A stretch of 64,000 nucleotides of DNA. Source: Candidatus Dojkabacteria bacterium (lineage in GTDB: Bacteria; Patescibacteriota; Dojkabacteria; SC72). Positions 48,159 through 58,626 of this stretch are shown here, piece by piece; positions within the stretch are counted from its first letter, which is position 1, and every line of letters begins with the position of its first letter. The translations under genes and the position numbers were made by a program. The notes beneath the pieces were generated by a model. The model ran no database searches. It saw only the letters and a program-made list of their open reading frames with translations, and had not been told where the DNA came from. The stretch is from assembly GCA_050950145.1 (NCBI GenBank), contig JBMNHB010000001.1:364820-428819 (forward strand). The letters run 5' to 3'.

Positions 48159-48393
48159 AGCACTTTTAAATCCTAACTAGAGTTGGTACCAGGCCTATTT
48201 GAAGAACCAATCTTTCTTCTTTGAAGGTTTCTAGTGGTTTTAGAAGATATGTTAATAGTTCGCGACTATTGACAACCTAGTAGCAGTAATTGAGAGAAAT
48301 CTCTTTTATTTGTTGCTAGGTCCAACTCATGCACTGTAAGGTGTATGTTGCTATCGTTGGACGGGGTGTATTGGAACTGCCGTCCTTTTTTTT
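48159..48393 (+). ncRNA. Candidate small non-coding RNA (~235 nt), unclassified
   Basis: Sits in a ~390-bp GC-richer intergenic gap and is bounded by the promoter above and a terminator (GGACGG-N15-CCGTCC + T8, 48359..48393). Long-range complementarity GCATGAGTT (48149..48157) with AACTCATGC (48324..48332). Confidence 0.3.
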
Positions 48394-48398
48394 GCTAA

Positions 48399-49571
48399 TT
48401 ATTCAACTGTATAATCATCAAAATACCCCTGAACTAATACAACTGGTGTACCTTTATCCCCACTCCCACTTGTTAAATCACATAAACTACCCAACAAATC
48501 AGTTAGTTGTCTTGGTGTTGTTCCCAACGACCTCTCTTTATTAAAATTCTCACTTTTTTTCTCATTAATTATCTTTTTAATATACTCATCAAGATCTCCT
48601 TGTTCATTCCAGTTCTCAGAGAAATATTTCAATTTAATTTCATTAGGTCTACCAACCAAACCATCTGTAAAAGCAGGAGAAACAACAGGATCTGCTAACT
48701 CCCAAATTTGACTAACAGGATCCTTAAAAGCACCATCTCCATATATCATAACCTCTATCTTCTTACCTGTTTCTTTCTTAAACATTTCTTGAATTTTCTC
48801 CACTAATTCCTTTCCTCCCCTAGGAAAAAGTTTCAACCTATCTTCTCCCACCTTATTTGAACCAAGTAAACCATACTCCTCATGGTAACCCCTCTGGGTA
48901 TTTTTCTTGTTACAGATATCTTCTAAACCAAATAGCTTTTCAGCACCATTCTCCTTAAGAATTTTCTTTGTTTTCTTCCTTGTATGAATATCACAAGTTA
49001 AAACATTCTTTGTAAACTTTAAAATATACTCAGGATTATTAGAAAAATGTATCCTTACCCCCTTACTAAAGCTCTTGTAATATTCAACATAGTCTATACC
49101 TGTAAACTCATGTTTAAATTCATATCCAAATAATTCCCTAAATCTCTCCTCTCCGAAAGAATCAAAGTAGGGATTTACTTCAGATTCTTCTAACATATGA
49201 GGATCCATAATGTGGTTACCAACCTCATCAGAAGGATAGCTAAAAAGAATATGCACATTCTTACAAGCAACAGTTGCAGCTTTCAGAATTAAAGAAAATC
49301 TATTCCTACTAAGGATAGGGAATATTAATCCTATCTCTTTATCTCCATACTTTTCTTTTATCTCCTTTGCAACATCTTCAACAGTAACATAATTGTGTTG
49401 ACATATTGCTACAACAGCTTCTGTAATACCAATTATATCTCTATAATTTAAGTCAAATTTAGCATATTTTGAAGCTCTCAGAACAGAATCAACAACTACT
49501 TGGGCTAAATCATCACTCTCCCTTATTATGGGAGTTCTAATTCCACGCACGGTTGTACCTACATATCTCAT
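48399..49571 (-). CDS. CofE-like (F420-0:gamma-glutamyl ligase family) protein, function uncertain
   Basis: The N-terminus (PIIRESDDLAQVV) and C-terminus (SGSGDKGTPVVLVQGY) match the pattern of the CofE family. It is longer than canonical CofE, with an insertion. Confidence 0.45.
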   Translation of the reverse strand: MRYVGTTVRGIRTPIIRESDDLAQVVVDSVLRASKYAKFDLNYRDIIGITEAVVAICQHNYVTVEDVAKEIKEKYGDKEIGLIFPILSRNRFSLILKAATVACKNVHILFSYPSDEVGNHIMDPHMLEESEVNPYFDSFGEERFRELFGYEFKHEFTGIDYVEYYKSFSKGVRIHFSNNPEYILKFTKNVLTCDIHTRKKTKKILKENGAEKLFGLEDICNKKNTQRGYHEEYGLLGSNKVGEDRLKLFPRGGKELVEKIQEMFKKETGKKIEVMIYGDGAFKDPVSQIWELADPVVSPAFTDGLVGRPNEIKLKYFSENWNEQGDLDEYIKKIINEKKSENFNKERSLGTTPRQLTDLLGSLCDLTSGSGDKGTPVVLVQGYFDDYTVE

Positions 49572-49592
49572 GTATTCATATATTTGATCAAT

Positions 49593-50930
49593 TTAAGAAA
49601 TAGCTTTAGCAAACATTAAACCTGTTACTGCAGCACCTGTTATAGAGCCAGAAAGACCAGCACCATCACCAGCAACATACAAACCTTTAATCTTTGTCTG
49701 CAAACTTTTATCTGTCTCTATCTTTGATGACCTAAACTTCACCTCAGGTGCATAAAGTAGGGTAGAACCAGAATTAATTCCTGGCATAACTTTATCTAAA
49801 ATCTCCAACCCTTCAATTATATTCTTTACATTCCTGTATGGTAGTGCCATAGCAATATCACCAGGTGTAACATCTGTAAGTGATGGTTCAACAAAAGATT
49901 TTGACAATCTATTCCATGTACTTCTTCTTCCATATCGTAGATCCTCAAGAGATTGAAGTATTGGTTTTCCTCCACCAATAGTAGATGCAACCTCTGCAAT
50001 TGACTTAGCATACGCGATTGAATTCTCAACAGGTTCTGTCAATCTAACTTCATTAAGAAATGCAAAATTAGAATTCTTATCACTATGATCTGAGTCTGAA
50101 TGACCATTTACACAAATATAGCCATCGTATGTCTCTGTAGTTACCTTACCATTCGGACAACTACAGAATGTTCTTACAATATCATGATATGTTCTAGTTC
50201 TCACTCTGTACACTGTCTCATACAGTGTTTTAGCTTGCCTTTCCATTACCTGGGCAGGAAATTCTACTCTAACACCAACCTCTACTTTGTCATAAATATA
50301 TTTAATATCATGCTTATCTGCTAACTTCTGAAGCCATGCTGCTCTAACTCTACCAGGTGCAAGAAGAACTACTTTACTCTTAATCTCTTCTCCTTTCTTA
50401 GTAACTACACCAGCAACACTCCCCTTATTCACAATAATATCTACAACCTCTGTATTATCTAAAATATCTACACCTGAATTCTCCAAATATTTTTCAAAAT
50501 TACCAATAACAATCTTTAATTTATCTGTTCCAACATGCTGAGCTCTCCTTACAACAAGCTCAATATCATTCAAAATTGCATCCTTTATCAACTCATCATA
50601 CTCAGGAGTCATCTTAGGGTAATATTCTGTATTTACACCAAACTCCTTAAATATCTCATCAACATAGTCTAAGATCTTTTGATATTTAGGTTTAGAAATC
50701 AAATGAAAAGCTTTCTCATGGGAAAGATCTGCTGTATAGTGGAGCTTACCATCGGAAAATGTACCAGCACCACCTACTCCAGACATAACCTCTGAAGGTT
50801 TCCTCTTATCAAGTTTCTTACCCATATCAAGAAGAGCTATTTTAACTCCATTCTTCCTTTTGAGTAGTTCATAAGAAGCAAAAAGTCCTGCTGGACCAGC
50901 ACCAACAATAATTACATCATATTTGGACAT
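49593..50930 (-). CDS. FAD-dependent dehydrogenase (COG2509/HI0933-like family)
   Basis: N-terminal GAGPAG dinucleotide motif and C-terminal GDGAG...G motif. Confidence 0.6.
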   Translation of the reverse strand: MSKYDVIIVGAGPAGLFASYELLKRKNGVKIALLDMGKKLDKRKPSEVMSGVGGAGTFSDGKLHYTADLSHEKAFHLISKPKYQKILDYVDEIFKEFGVNTEYYPKMTPEYDELIKDAILNDIELVVRRAQHVGTDKLKIVIGNFEKYLENSGVDILDNTEVVDIIVNKGSVAGVVTKKGEEIKSKVVLLAPGRVRAAWLQKLADKHDIKYIYDKVEVGVRVEFPAQVMERQAKTLYETVYRVRTRTYHDIVRTFCSCPNGKVTTETYDGYICVNGHSDSDHSDKNSNFAFLNEVRLTEPVENSIAYAKSIAEVASTIGGGKPILQSLEDLRYGRRSTWNRLSKSFVEPSLTDVTPGDIAMALPYRNVKNIIEGLEILDKVMPGINSGSTLLYAPEVKFRSSKIETDKSLQTKIKGLYVAGDGAGLSGSITGAAVTGLMFAKAIS

Positions 50931-51081
50931 GGCATTATATTGATAATGTTACATATCATTATTTCAAAAAAAGAAAAACTTTTCAACATAAAAACCAACC
51001 TGGTTCGTAGATTTATCTATATCCGATACACCAAAGAAACTCTTTTGTTACAATTAATTAATTTACTACAAGACATAACTT

Positions 51082-51870
51082 TTATTCCAAATTCCAAATA
51101 TCAGAAAGAGTGTTTACAACAATTACTTCTACAGTATCAGGTATATTACATACTTCCTTTGCTACTCTTTCTCTCCTATCTATCCATATTAAATGCTCAA
51201 TACCTTGCTTAATTGATGGTAAAATGTCTGATTCTAAACTATCTCCCACAACTAAAATATCTTTCAATGCAATACCTTTATCTAAAGCATCATTAATTGG
51301 CTTTTTCCAATCTTTAGGATGTGTAATATCAGTAGTATAGTAGGGAATATTCGGGATTCTACATTTCTGTTGCATATATTCAATTTTTACCTTTGTCCAA
51401 CCATCTCCAGCCAGAGAATTTGCAGCAAAAAATTTCATATTTTTGTAATTGTAAAAGAATCTGAAAAGATCTATTGCTTCAGGAAATATCTCAGGTGTAT
51501 TATCATAAAAATCATCAAAATGTTTATCCAATATCTCATCCATTAACGGATGATAATTGTCTTTATAGAAAGCTTTTAAACCCTCTCCATACTCAATTTT
51601 TACTGGTAATGGTTGGCAACCTCTATCGTAAAACTTCTTACTAACATCCTCAGAGATTTTCTTTACTGTTACTGTAGGATCCTCATTCTCAACAGGAAAG
51701 TTATTTACTACTTCTAAGAAAGATTTCTCTTTCTTGTTTATATAGTAAGGATCAGTATCAAAAACAGTATTATCAAGATCAAAAATTAAACCCTGAATAT
51801 TTCTATCATCAAGTGCAATTTCTAAACTAGGGATAGAGTCTTTTTTAAACTCTGAAATTACATTTTCCAT
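51082..51870 (-). CDS. HAD-superfamily hydrolase
   Basis: Motif I FDLDNT and motif IV VVGDSLESD. Confidence 0.7.
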   Translation of the reverse strand: MENVISEFKKDSIPSLEIALDDRNIQGLIFDLDNTVFDTDPYYINKKEKSFLEVVNNFPVENEDPTVTVKKISEDVSKKFYDRGCQPLPVKIEYGEGLKAFYKDNYHPLMDEILDKHFDDFYDNTPEIFPEAIDLFRFFYNYKNMKFFAANSLAGDGWTKVKIEYMQQKCRIPNIPYYTTDITHPKDWKKPINDALDKGIALKDILVVGDSLESDILPSIKQGIEHLIWIDRRERVAKEVCNIPDTVEVIVVNTLSDIWNLE

Positions 51871-51878
51871 TATATCAC

Positions 51879-53915
51879 TTATTTACTCGATCTTATAATA
51901 TATTTGTCCTTAATACCAAGAATTTCATCAAAATTCTCTTTATTTACTAAGAACAAACGGATTTGCCCATCATTACTTCTATTTGCATCTGTTGCTAATA
52001 GAACAGTTTCTCCCTTATCATCAATATATTTTCCTAATATTACTCCTATATGACCAGCAGGTCTCCCTGTTTTATAATCAACATTACCAATATCATCAAC
52101 ATAGAGACCAATATTAGCATTGATGAAAATATCTCCATTCTGATAATCATCTATTACTATATCTTTTCCTGCTATAACAGAATAACTATCATATAAAAGT
52201 TCAGTTTTATCATTACAATTTAAAGAGGAAGGAGGAAGTAATCTAGAAGGAATACTGTTTCCCCTAGTAGGAAGTTCATATATATTCATATTGGGATATA
52301 ATTTTGATAGTAACTTTACAAACTCAATAGAACCAATACCAATATTTTTTGTTTTTGTATTTTTTAAAGTAAACAGATCTTCCATATATGATTCTCCTAA
52401 TTCCTCTGACATGTTCTTAAACCATTTACTTTCCTTTATATAATCTTCAAATTTAACATCAGTATTATTTTGATATCTGACAAGTGTCTCTTGAAGTTCT
52501 TTTATATTATTAATAACATCATTATCTCTTATACTATCTCTAATACTTTCAAGATTCTCGTCTCCGTAAAACAAAGCAGCAATTTCAATTTCTTCTGTAC
52601 TCATCTCATATTCCTTAACACTTCGATCCTGTACTTGGTTGTTTTTTCTTAATTCCTCATACTGTCTAAGCTTACTAGTTAAATATTCTATCTGTGTAGT
52701 AGGAGATTCTTTTGTCAAAGAGAGTGTAGACACTAGAATAGAATCTGATTTTATTCCTAAATCTTCTACAACATTACCTAGTGGTATAATATTTGCACCT
52801 ACCGATAAATACCCACCAAAGTTCTTATCCGTAGATTTCCAAGAAAGATCTTGTGTCATTGAAGGACTGATTAATAGCATAGAATCAACTTTACTCTCTG
52901 GAAGACTAAAAGGTCCTTGAAAATATTTATATCCATGTGGCGCTTGAGACAAGATATTTACATTTCCTAATCTATGAAGCATAGAAGATGTTGCTGTAGC
53001 AGTAACACACACACCTCCAGCATAAGAAACTCCCCCACCTAGAATGTATCCATTTAGAAATTCCTCAACCCTACTATCACGACTTGAAAGCCCAATCATA
53101 TTCATATAGTTATATGTTTTATTTGCAACTAATGGACCATATTTTTCTTGATATGTTGAGAGATTTATCCAAGCTTTAAGAATATTAATTAATTTATTAG
53201 GATAGATTTCATCCTCTCCGACTACATAGGTAATAGTGGTTAGAGCATTTTCATCCTTAACTGTAAATTCTTCTTTTTTATCACCTTCATCTTTTGATAA
53301 AACAATAGCAGAAACATATTTTCCTCCGTAAGTATTTGATATTAATCCAATCTCTACTTTTTTCCCTTCTTTATTAACAATAGTATGTATCTCAGCTAAT
53401 TCAAAGTTATTCCCTTCCTCTATAGTAAACTGTTTTACACTCTCGTCTGTTCTTATTGTAAAAGATCTATTAATAGGAATAAGGTACATTTGAGTTTCTG
53501 ACATTGTTTTAATCACATGTCCTAGTTCAAGTTTCTCAACATTTTCTATTTTGTAATCCTTAAATTCAGAAAAATCTAATTTTACATCCTCCTCATGCAT
53601 TTCATTCTCTTCAGAGAAAGTAATCCTACGACCTGTATTATCAATCTCTATAAAATATTTTGAATTAAAATAATCAGATTTATAAATATCTGTATCTTGA
53701 TTATAAATATCTGCATTCTGCTTTTCATCTTGTAAAGCACAAAAAGGAGGATAAGTATCAGGGACTTCAGTTAATTCCGTATTTTCCTTATTCAAATTAT
53801 GAATCTGTGTTTTCGGAGTTTTATCTTGATTATCTACCTTACTTGGAACATGACCATATGCACCACCTAAAAGAGAAGCAACAACAAGAGTATTAACAAC
53901 ATCTTTTGGTTCCAT
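51879..53915 (-). CDS. Large secreted protein (678 aa) with possible C-terminal Cys/His peptidase-like (CHAP/NlpC-P60-like) domain
   Basis: Signal peptide. C-terminal region has Cys (LNCNDK) and His (AGHIGV) about 65 aa apart, as in CHAP/NlpC-P60 folds. This is a weak call. Confidence 0.35.
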   Translation of the reverse strand: MEPKDVVNTLVVASLLGGAYGHVPSKVDNQDKTPKTQIHNLNKENTELTEVPDTYPPFCALQDEKQNADIYNQDTDIYKSDYFNSKYFIEIDNTGRRITFSEENEMHEEDVKLDFSEFKDYKIENVEKLELGHVIKTMSETQMYLIPINRSFTIRTDESVKQFTIEEGNNFELAEIHTIVNKEGKKVEIGLISNTYGGKYVSAIVLSKDEGDKKEEFTVKDENALTTITYVVGEDEIYPNKLINILKAWINLSTYQEKYGPLVANKTYNYMNMIGLSSRDSRVEEFLNGYILGGGVSYAGGVCVTATATSSMLHRLGNVNILSQAPHGYKYFQGPFSLPESKVDSMLLISPSMTQDLSWKSTDKNFGGYLSVGANIIPLGNVVEDLGIKSDSILVSTLSLTKESPTTQIEYLTSKLRQYEELRKNNQVQDRSVKEYEMSTEEIEIAALFYGDENLESIRDSIRDNDVINNIKELQETLVRYQNNTDVKFEDYIKESKWFKNMSEELGESYMEDLFTLKNTKTKNIGIGSIEFVKLLSKLYPNMNIYELPTRGNSIPSRLLPPSSLNCNDKTELLYDSYSVIAGKDIVIDDYQNGDIFINANIGLYVDDIGNVDYKTGRPAGHIGVILGKYIDDKGETVLLATDANRSNDGQIRLFLVNKENFDEILGIKDKYIIRSSK

Positions 53916-54208
53916 AATAAATACTATACTATTAATTTATTATAAACTACCTAATTACACCCCATAGTATATTATACCATTAATATTACCTTTTTACATA
54001 ATATATCATAATTATAATGAAATATTGAACCAGTAAAATTCTTTAAGTATAATCTACCTTGTTGTTACATGCTCTTTAGAAATACATACGGAAAGGAATG
54101 GAGTAGTGATAGGCGAAGAAACAAAAAAACAAAAAAGAAGAAACAAAAACCAACGAAAACTAAGTCTAAATACTCCTCAAAAGATGACGAGTATAGAAAA
54201 CAGAAACC

Positions 54209-54253
54209 TTAAAAGTGGGGAAACTCAAAGATTTAATATCCAAGTTTCCACAC
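54209..54253 (-). terminator. Intrinsic terminator after the cupin gene
   Basis: GTGGGGAAACT ... AGTTTCCACAC inverted repeat with a T-run on the - strand. Confidence 0.5.
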
Positions 54254-54268
54254 TAAGAATTCTAACAA

Positions 54269-54673
54269 CTACGCATTAACTTCCTCAGAAAATGCTTCAT
54301 CCTCCTCATCTGCCATAGCATCTTCCTTTGTAACATGCTCAATACCATCAATATGGTTTGCTGGAGTATAAATGGTATAAAGTTTTAAATCTTCTGTCTG
54401 AGATGTATTAATCACATTATGTCTAACACCTGAAGGTACAACAATTGCAAAACCTTTCGTAAATGGTGTCTCTACTCCATCCATAACAACTTTACCTTCT
54501 CCTTCCTCAACCCTAAAGAACTGATCTACCTTTGGATGAACCTCCTCACCAATATCCTCCCCTGGTTTAAGAGACATAGCAACTAATTGTAAGTGATTAC
54601 CTGTATATACAACTTTTCTAAAACTACTGTTTTGCTCAGTAATCTCCTCAATATTATCAACATATCCTGTCAT
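54269..54673 (-). CDS. Cupin-domain protein
   Basis: Conserved metal-binding cupin motifs and size. Confidence 0.75.
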   Translation of the reverse strand: MTGYVDNIEEITEQNSSFRKVVYTGNHLQLVAMSLKPGEDIGEEVHPKVDQFFRVEEGEGKVVMDGVETPFTKGFAIVVPSGVRHNVINTSQTEDLKLYTIYTPANHIDGIEHVTKEDAMADEEDEAFSEEVNA

Positions 54674-54755
54674 ATATCTATAAATAAAAATTTAATTAAG
54701 TAGCTATACATTGTACCACTCTTAACAAGATTGATTCAAACTTGTAAAATTAACT

Positions 54756-55871
54756 ATGTTTAACAGCAAAATATTTGCAAACAGGCCTACAAGAGCAGAA
54801 ATATATTTAAAAAATTTAGATAATAACATCTCTGTTATTCGTAAGATCGTTGGAAAAAGGAAAATACTCGGTATTGTAAAAGCAAATGCATATGGTCATG
54901 GTTTAGTTGAAATATCAAAAAGATTACAAAAATTAAAAATAGACTATCTTGGAGTTGCATATATTGAGGAGGCAGTATATCTTAGAGAAAATGGAATTAA
55001 AATACCGATATTAGTATTAGGAGCAATAGAAAATTCTCAAATATCACTTTATCTAAAACATAATATTGATATTACAGGTTCATCTATTGAAAAACTAGAA
55101 TACATTTCTAAACAAGCAAAAAGATTAAAGAAGATAGCTAAGGTACACCTTAAAATTGATACGGGTATGGGAAGAATAGGAGTACAGTGGGATAGGAAAG
55201 AAGAATATATAAAAAAAGCATATTCTCTTCCTAATATTAAAATAATTGGAATATTCTCACATTTTGCAGATTCATACTATGATAGGAAATATACTAAACT
55301 ACAGCTAGAGAGATTTAATGAAGTTTTAGAATATATTAAAGAAAACTACAAACTACCTTCATTTATACATTTTGCAAATACTGGTGCAATATCAAGAAAT
55401 CTCACTAACTCATTTTTTACAATGGTTAGACCTGGAATAATGATGTATGGATACTCGTTGAACAAAAGATTGCAGAAGAAACTTAAACCGGTTATGCATT
55501 TCAAAACAAAAGTTCTTTACTTTAAGGTTTTAGAGAAGGGAAATAGTGTAGGATATGCTAGAACATACAGTACAAAAACAAGAGAAAGAATTGTAACACT
55601 CCCTGTGGGATATGCTGATGGGTATCCTAGAAGTCTTAGCAACAAAGGAATCGTGTATCTAAACAATCATAAATATCCTGTTGTTGGTAGAATGTGTATG
55701 GATCAATGTATGGTTAGTATTGGACCAAAAGGTGAAGCATATGTAGGAGATGAGGTAGAGTTATGGGGAGAAAAAATTAAATTACAAGATGTTTCTGAAA
55801 GAAGTGAACATTCTATGTGGGATCTGCTTAGTAATGTAACAGAGAGGGTTCCAAGAAAATATATAAAATAA
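54756..55871 (+). CDS. alr: Alanine racemase
   Basis: PLP-lysine block VKANAYGHG and a C-terminal beta domain. Confidence 0.9.
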   Translation: MFNSKIFANRPTRAEIYLKNLDNNISVIRKIVGKRKILGIVKANAYGHGLVEISKRLQKLKIDYLGVAYIEEAVYLRENGIKIPILVLGAIENSQISLYLKHNIDITGSSIEKLEYISKQAKRLKKIAKVHLKIDTGMGRIGVQWDRKEEYIKKAYSLPNIKIIGIFSHFADSYYDRKYTKLQLERFNEVLEYIKENYKLPSFIHFANTGAISRNLTNSFFTMVRPGIMMYGYSLNKRLQKKLKPVMHFKTKVLYFKVLEKGNSVGYARTYSTKTRERIVTLPVGYADGYPRSLSNKGIVYLNNHKYPVVGRMCMDQCMVSIGPKGEAYVGDEVELWGEKIKLQDVSERSEHSMWDLLSNVTERVPRKYIK

Positions 55872-55882
55872 CTGTTAAATAT

Positions 55883-56962
55883 ATGAAAGTACAAAAGAAT
55901 GTATCATTAAAACAATACAATACTTTTAATATAAATGTAAAAGCTAAATATTTTGTAGAGTTAGAAAGTAAAGAAGAGTGTTTTGAAGTTTTGGATAAGT
56001 ACAAAGATGAAGAAATATTAATTCTTGGTGGTGGTAGTAATATTCTTTTTGTGAATGATTGGGATGGAGTTGTAATAAGACCTGTATTCAAAGGAATAAA
56101 TATCATTCAAGAAACAGAAAACACTGTACTTCTTGAAGTAGCAGCAGGAGAAGAGTGGGACAACTTTGTTAGATGGTGTGTAGAACACGACTATGCAGGA
56201 GTTGAAAATATGGTATTAATCCCTGGTAGTGTAGGGGGAGCTGTATCTCAAAATATTGCTGCATACGGACAAAATATTACTGATACATTAACTAGTATTA
56301 CAGCAATAGAACTAGCAACAAAGAAAGAAATTACTCTAAAACCTGAGGAATGTGGATATGAATACAGAAGAAGTAATTTTAAAAACATATGGAAGAACAA
56401 ATATCTAATTACATCTGCAACATTTGAACTTAAAAAGAATAATAAAGAATTTGAACTTAGTTATCATGAAAGAGCAGGAAGATACGGATCTTTGAAAGAA
56501 GAATTAGATGCATTTGCAAAAGAACCATACAGTATTCAAGATGTAATGGAAGCAATAATTAGACAGAGAAACAAGAGATTACCTAAAGTAGAAGATTTAG
56601 GAACATGTGGAAGCTTCTTTGAAAATCCTGTTGTAACTGTAGAAAAGTACAATGAATTAGCTAAAAAGATGGAAGATTTACAATCATATCCTGTTGAAAA
56701 CTTAAGTTACAATGTAAATACAAAAGATCAGTTAGGAGAACATGAGTATGTAAAAATACCTGCTGGAAGATTACTAGATGAATTAGGATGGAAAGGAAAA
56801 TGGGATGGTAATGTAGGAGTATTTGAAAACCATGCACTCTGTGTTGTTACAAACAAAAAAGCTACAGGAGAAGAAGTAATCTCTTTTATTGAAAAAATGA
56901 AAGATGATGTAAAGAAAAACTATGGAGTAGAGTTAGTTACAGAGGTAAATATTATTAATTAA
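55883..56962 (+). CDS. murB: UDP-N-acetylenolpyruvoylglucosamine reductase
   Basis: FAD-binding block ILGGGSNILF and MurB core, with a C-terminal extension. Confidence 0.8.
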   Translation: MKVQKNVSLKQYNTFNINVKAKYFVELESKEECFEVLDKYKDEEILILGGGSNILFVNDWDGVVIRPVFKGINIIQETENTVLLEVAAGEEWDNFVRWCVEHDYAGVENMVLIPGSVGGAVSQNIAAYGQNITDTLTSITAIELATKKEITLKPEECGYEYRRSNFKNIWKNKYLITSATFELKKNNKEFELSYHERAGRYGSLKEELDAFAKEPYSIQDVMEAIIRQRNKRLPKVEDLGTCGSFFENPVVTVEKYNELAKKMEDLQSYPVENLSYNVNTKDQLGEHEYVKIPAGRLLDELGWKGKWDGNVGVFENHALCVVTNKKATGEEVISFIEKMKDDVKKNYGVELVTEVNIIN

Positions 56963-58574
56963 ACTCTCTAACATATTTTAGTAGTAGTTTTCTAATCTCC
57001 CTAAGCTTAGAAACAGACAGCTCTATTATTGATATTGCATCAACGAAGATATGCCCATGATAGTCTTGTCCCTCTTGGAGTTTCCCAACATGAATATTAA
57101 ACTCATCATTAATTATTTTATAAATATTTTCCTCCTGTCCTTTGATTGCTATTAATTCTTTCTCTTTAGGTTTAAGAATCTGTCCCTCTATACTCTTAAA
57201 AAGATCTACTAACATATTAAAAATCTCTGTTAATCTATTTATCGGAATCTCATCAGGAGATATCCCTAATTTATGCATTCTAATAAATATCTCTCCTAAA
57301 TCTATACCCAAATCACCCAACTGCTCAATTGTATTAGAAATCTTCATATACATAATTGTTGCTTTTGCCATCTTCTTTGATAACTTGTTCTCTGTTGTTT
57401 CTAACAAAGCCTTTGTAATCTCATCATCTAAAAAGTCATTAAGTGTCTCATACTTCCTCATCTCCATAACTATCTTCTGAGAAGGGTTGTAGTAGATACT
57501 TAGTGCTTTTTGAAAAACCCTAATTGTATTATCAATAGAATGAGCTATTTCACTCTTAATATCTTTAAAACTATCATTAAGTTTCTTTGTCTCATTTGGA
57601 TCAATATGTTTAGTTTCAAAAAGGACCTCTTCTTCTTTACCAGGTACTAATTTGAGAACTAGCTTTTCAAATGGAGTAAGAATAATTAAGAAGAAGACAG
57701 TATTTACAGTATTAAATATTAAATGACCTAATGCTACCTGTTGTCCTACATTCGGTGTAATGGATTGAAGTACAAAGATAAATTGTTTAACAAAAATCAT
57801 AAAGAGTAAAGAACCAAATGCTTTAAAAAGAACATTTGCATATCCAGTCCTTTTTGCAAAAAGGTTTAAGTCTGTGGTTACAATTAGTGTACTAACAGCT
57901 GTACCTAAATTAGCACCTAATATCATCGGTACAGCAATTTCAACAGGCAACACTCCCTGTGCAGCTAATACAACAACAATACCAGAAGTAATCGTACTTG
58001 AATGTATAAGGACTGTAATAATACAAGCAATTAGATATGCAAGAATAGGGGAGGATATGGAGGAAAATATTGCAAGAAATTCAGGACTGCTTTTTAGAGG
58101 AGTAATTGCCATAGAGAGAAGATTAAGTGCAAACAAGACAAAACCCATAAAGAAGACTGGTTTACTTGCATTGCGGATTTTCTTAGGACCAAACTTTAGT
58201 AAGAAACCAACTATGATGAGAATTGGAGCAATAGGGGTTGAGGATAGAAGTACAAGTTGAGCAGTAAGAGTTGTACCGATACTACTTCCAAACATAATAG
58301 CAAGACTATCATGGAAAGATACCACACCTGTATTTACCAATGTCATAACAACAGTAGTAATTGCAGTGCTTGATTGGACAATTGCTGTACTAATAGCACC
58401 TACTATAGCTCCCAATATTCTGTTTTTTGATAACTTTGCAACAATTTTTCTAAAATTCTCTGTTGCTAAGTCTAGAAATTCTTTTCCTAGACTCTCAATA
58501 GCAAAGAGAAAAAGAATGATTGCTGAGAGTAAAAATAATCCTATTTGTAGATACTCAGAATAGGGCAGATTCAT
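56955..58574 (-). CDS. Na+/phosphate cotransporter (NptA-like) with C-terminal PhoU-like domain
   Basis: Duplicated QSSTAITT-type Na_Pi_cotrans repeats. The start is assigned to MNLPYSEY (58574). The track ORF is extended to 58661. Confidence 0.8.
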   Translation of the reverse strand: MNLPYSEYLQIGLFLLSAIILFLFAIESLGKEFLDLATENFRKIVAKLSKNRILGAIVGAISTAIVQSSTAITTVVMTLVNTGVVSFHDSLAIMFGSSIGTTLTAQLVLLSSTPIAPILIIVGFLLKFGPKKIRNASKPVFFMGFVLFALNLLSMAITPLKSSPEFLAIFSSISSPILAYLIACIITVLIHSSTITSGIVVVLAAQGVLPVEIAVPMILGANLGTAVSTLIVTTDLNLFAKRTGYANVLFKAFGSLLFMIFVKQFIFVLQSITPNVGQQVALGHLIFNTVNTVFFLIILTPFEKLVLKLVPGKEEEVLFETKHIDPNETKKLNDSFKDIKSEIAHSIDNTIRVFQKALSIYYNPSQKIVMEMRKYETLNDFLDDEITKALLETTENKLSKKMAKATIMYMKISNTIEQLGDLGIDLGEIFIRMHKLGISPDEIPINRLTEIFNMLVDLFKSIEGQILKPKEKELIAIKGQEENIYKIINDEFNIHVGKLQEGQDYHGHIFVDAISIIELSVSKLREIRKLLLKYVREFN

Positions 58575-58626
58575 ACACTTTAATCTACCATATTGATAAA
58601 TTTTTGCCAACAAGCTATCTTTATAT

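Noticed and set aside
48100-48398. Assignment of the candidate sRNA to tmRNA, RNase P RNA or SRP RNA
   Set aside because: By eye there is no tRNA-like 3' end or tag reading frame (tmRNA), no P4 GGAAAGUCCGGGCUCC-type block (RNase P), and no domain IV GGAAGCAGCC-like block (SRP). It is left unclassified.
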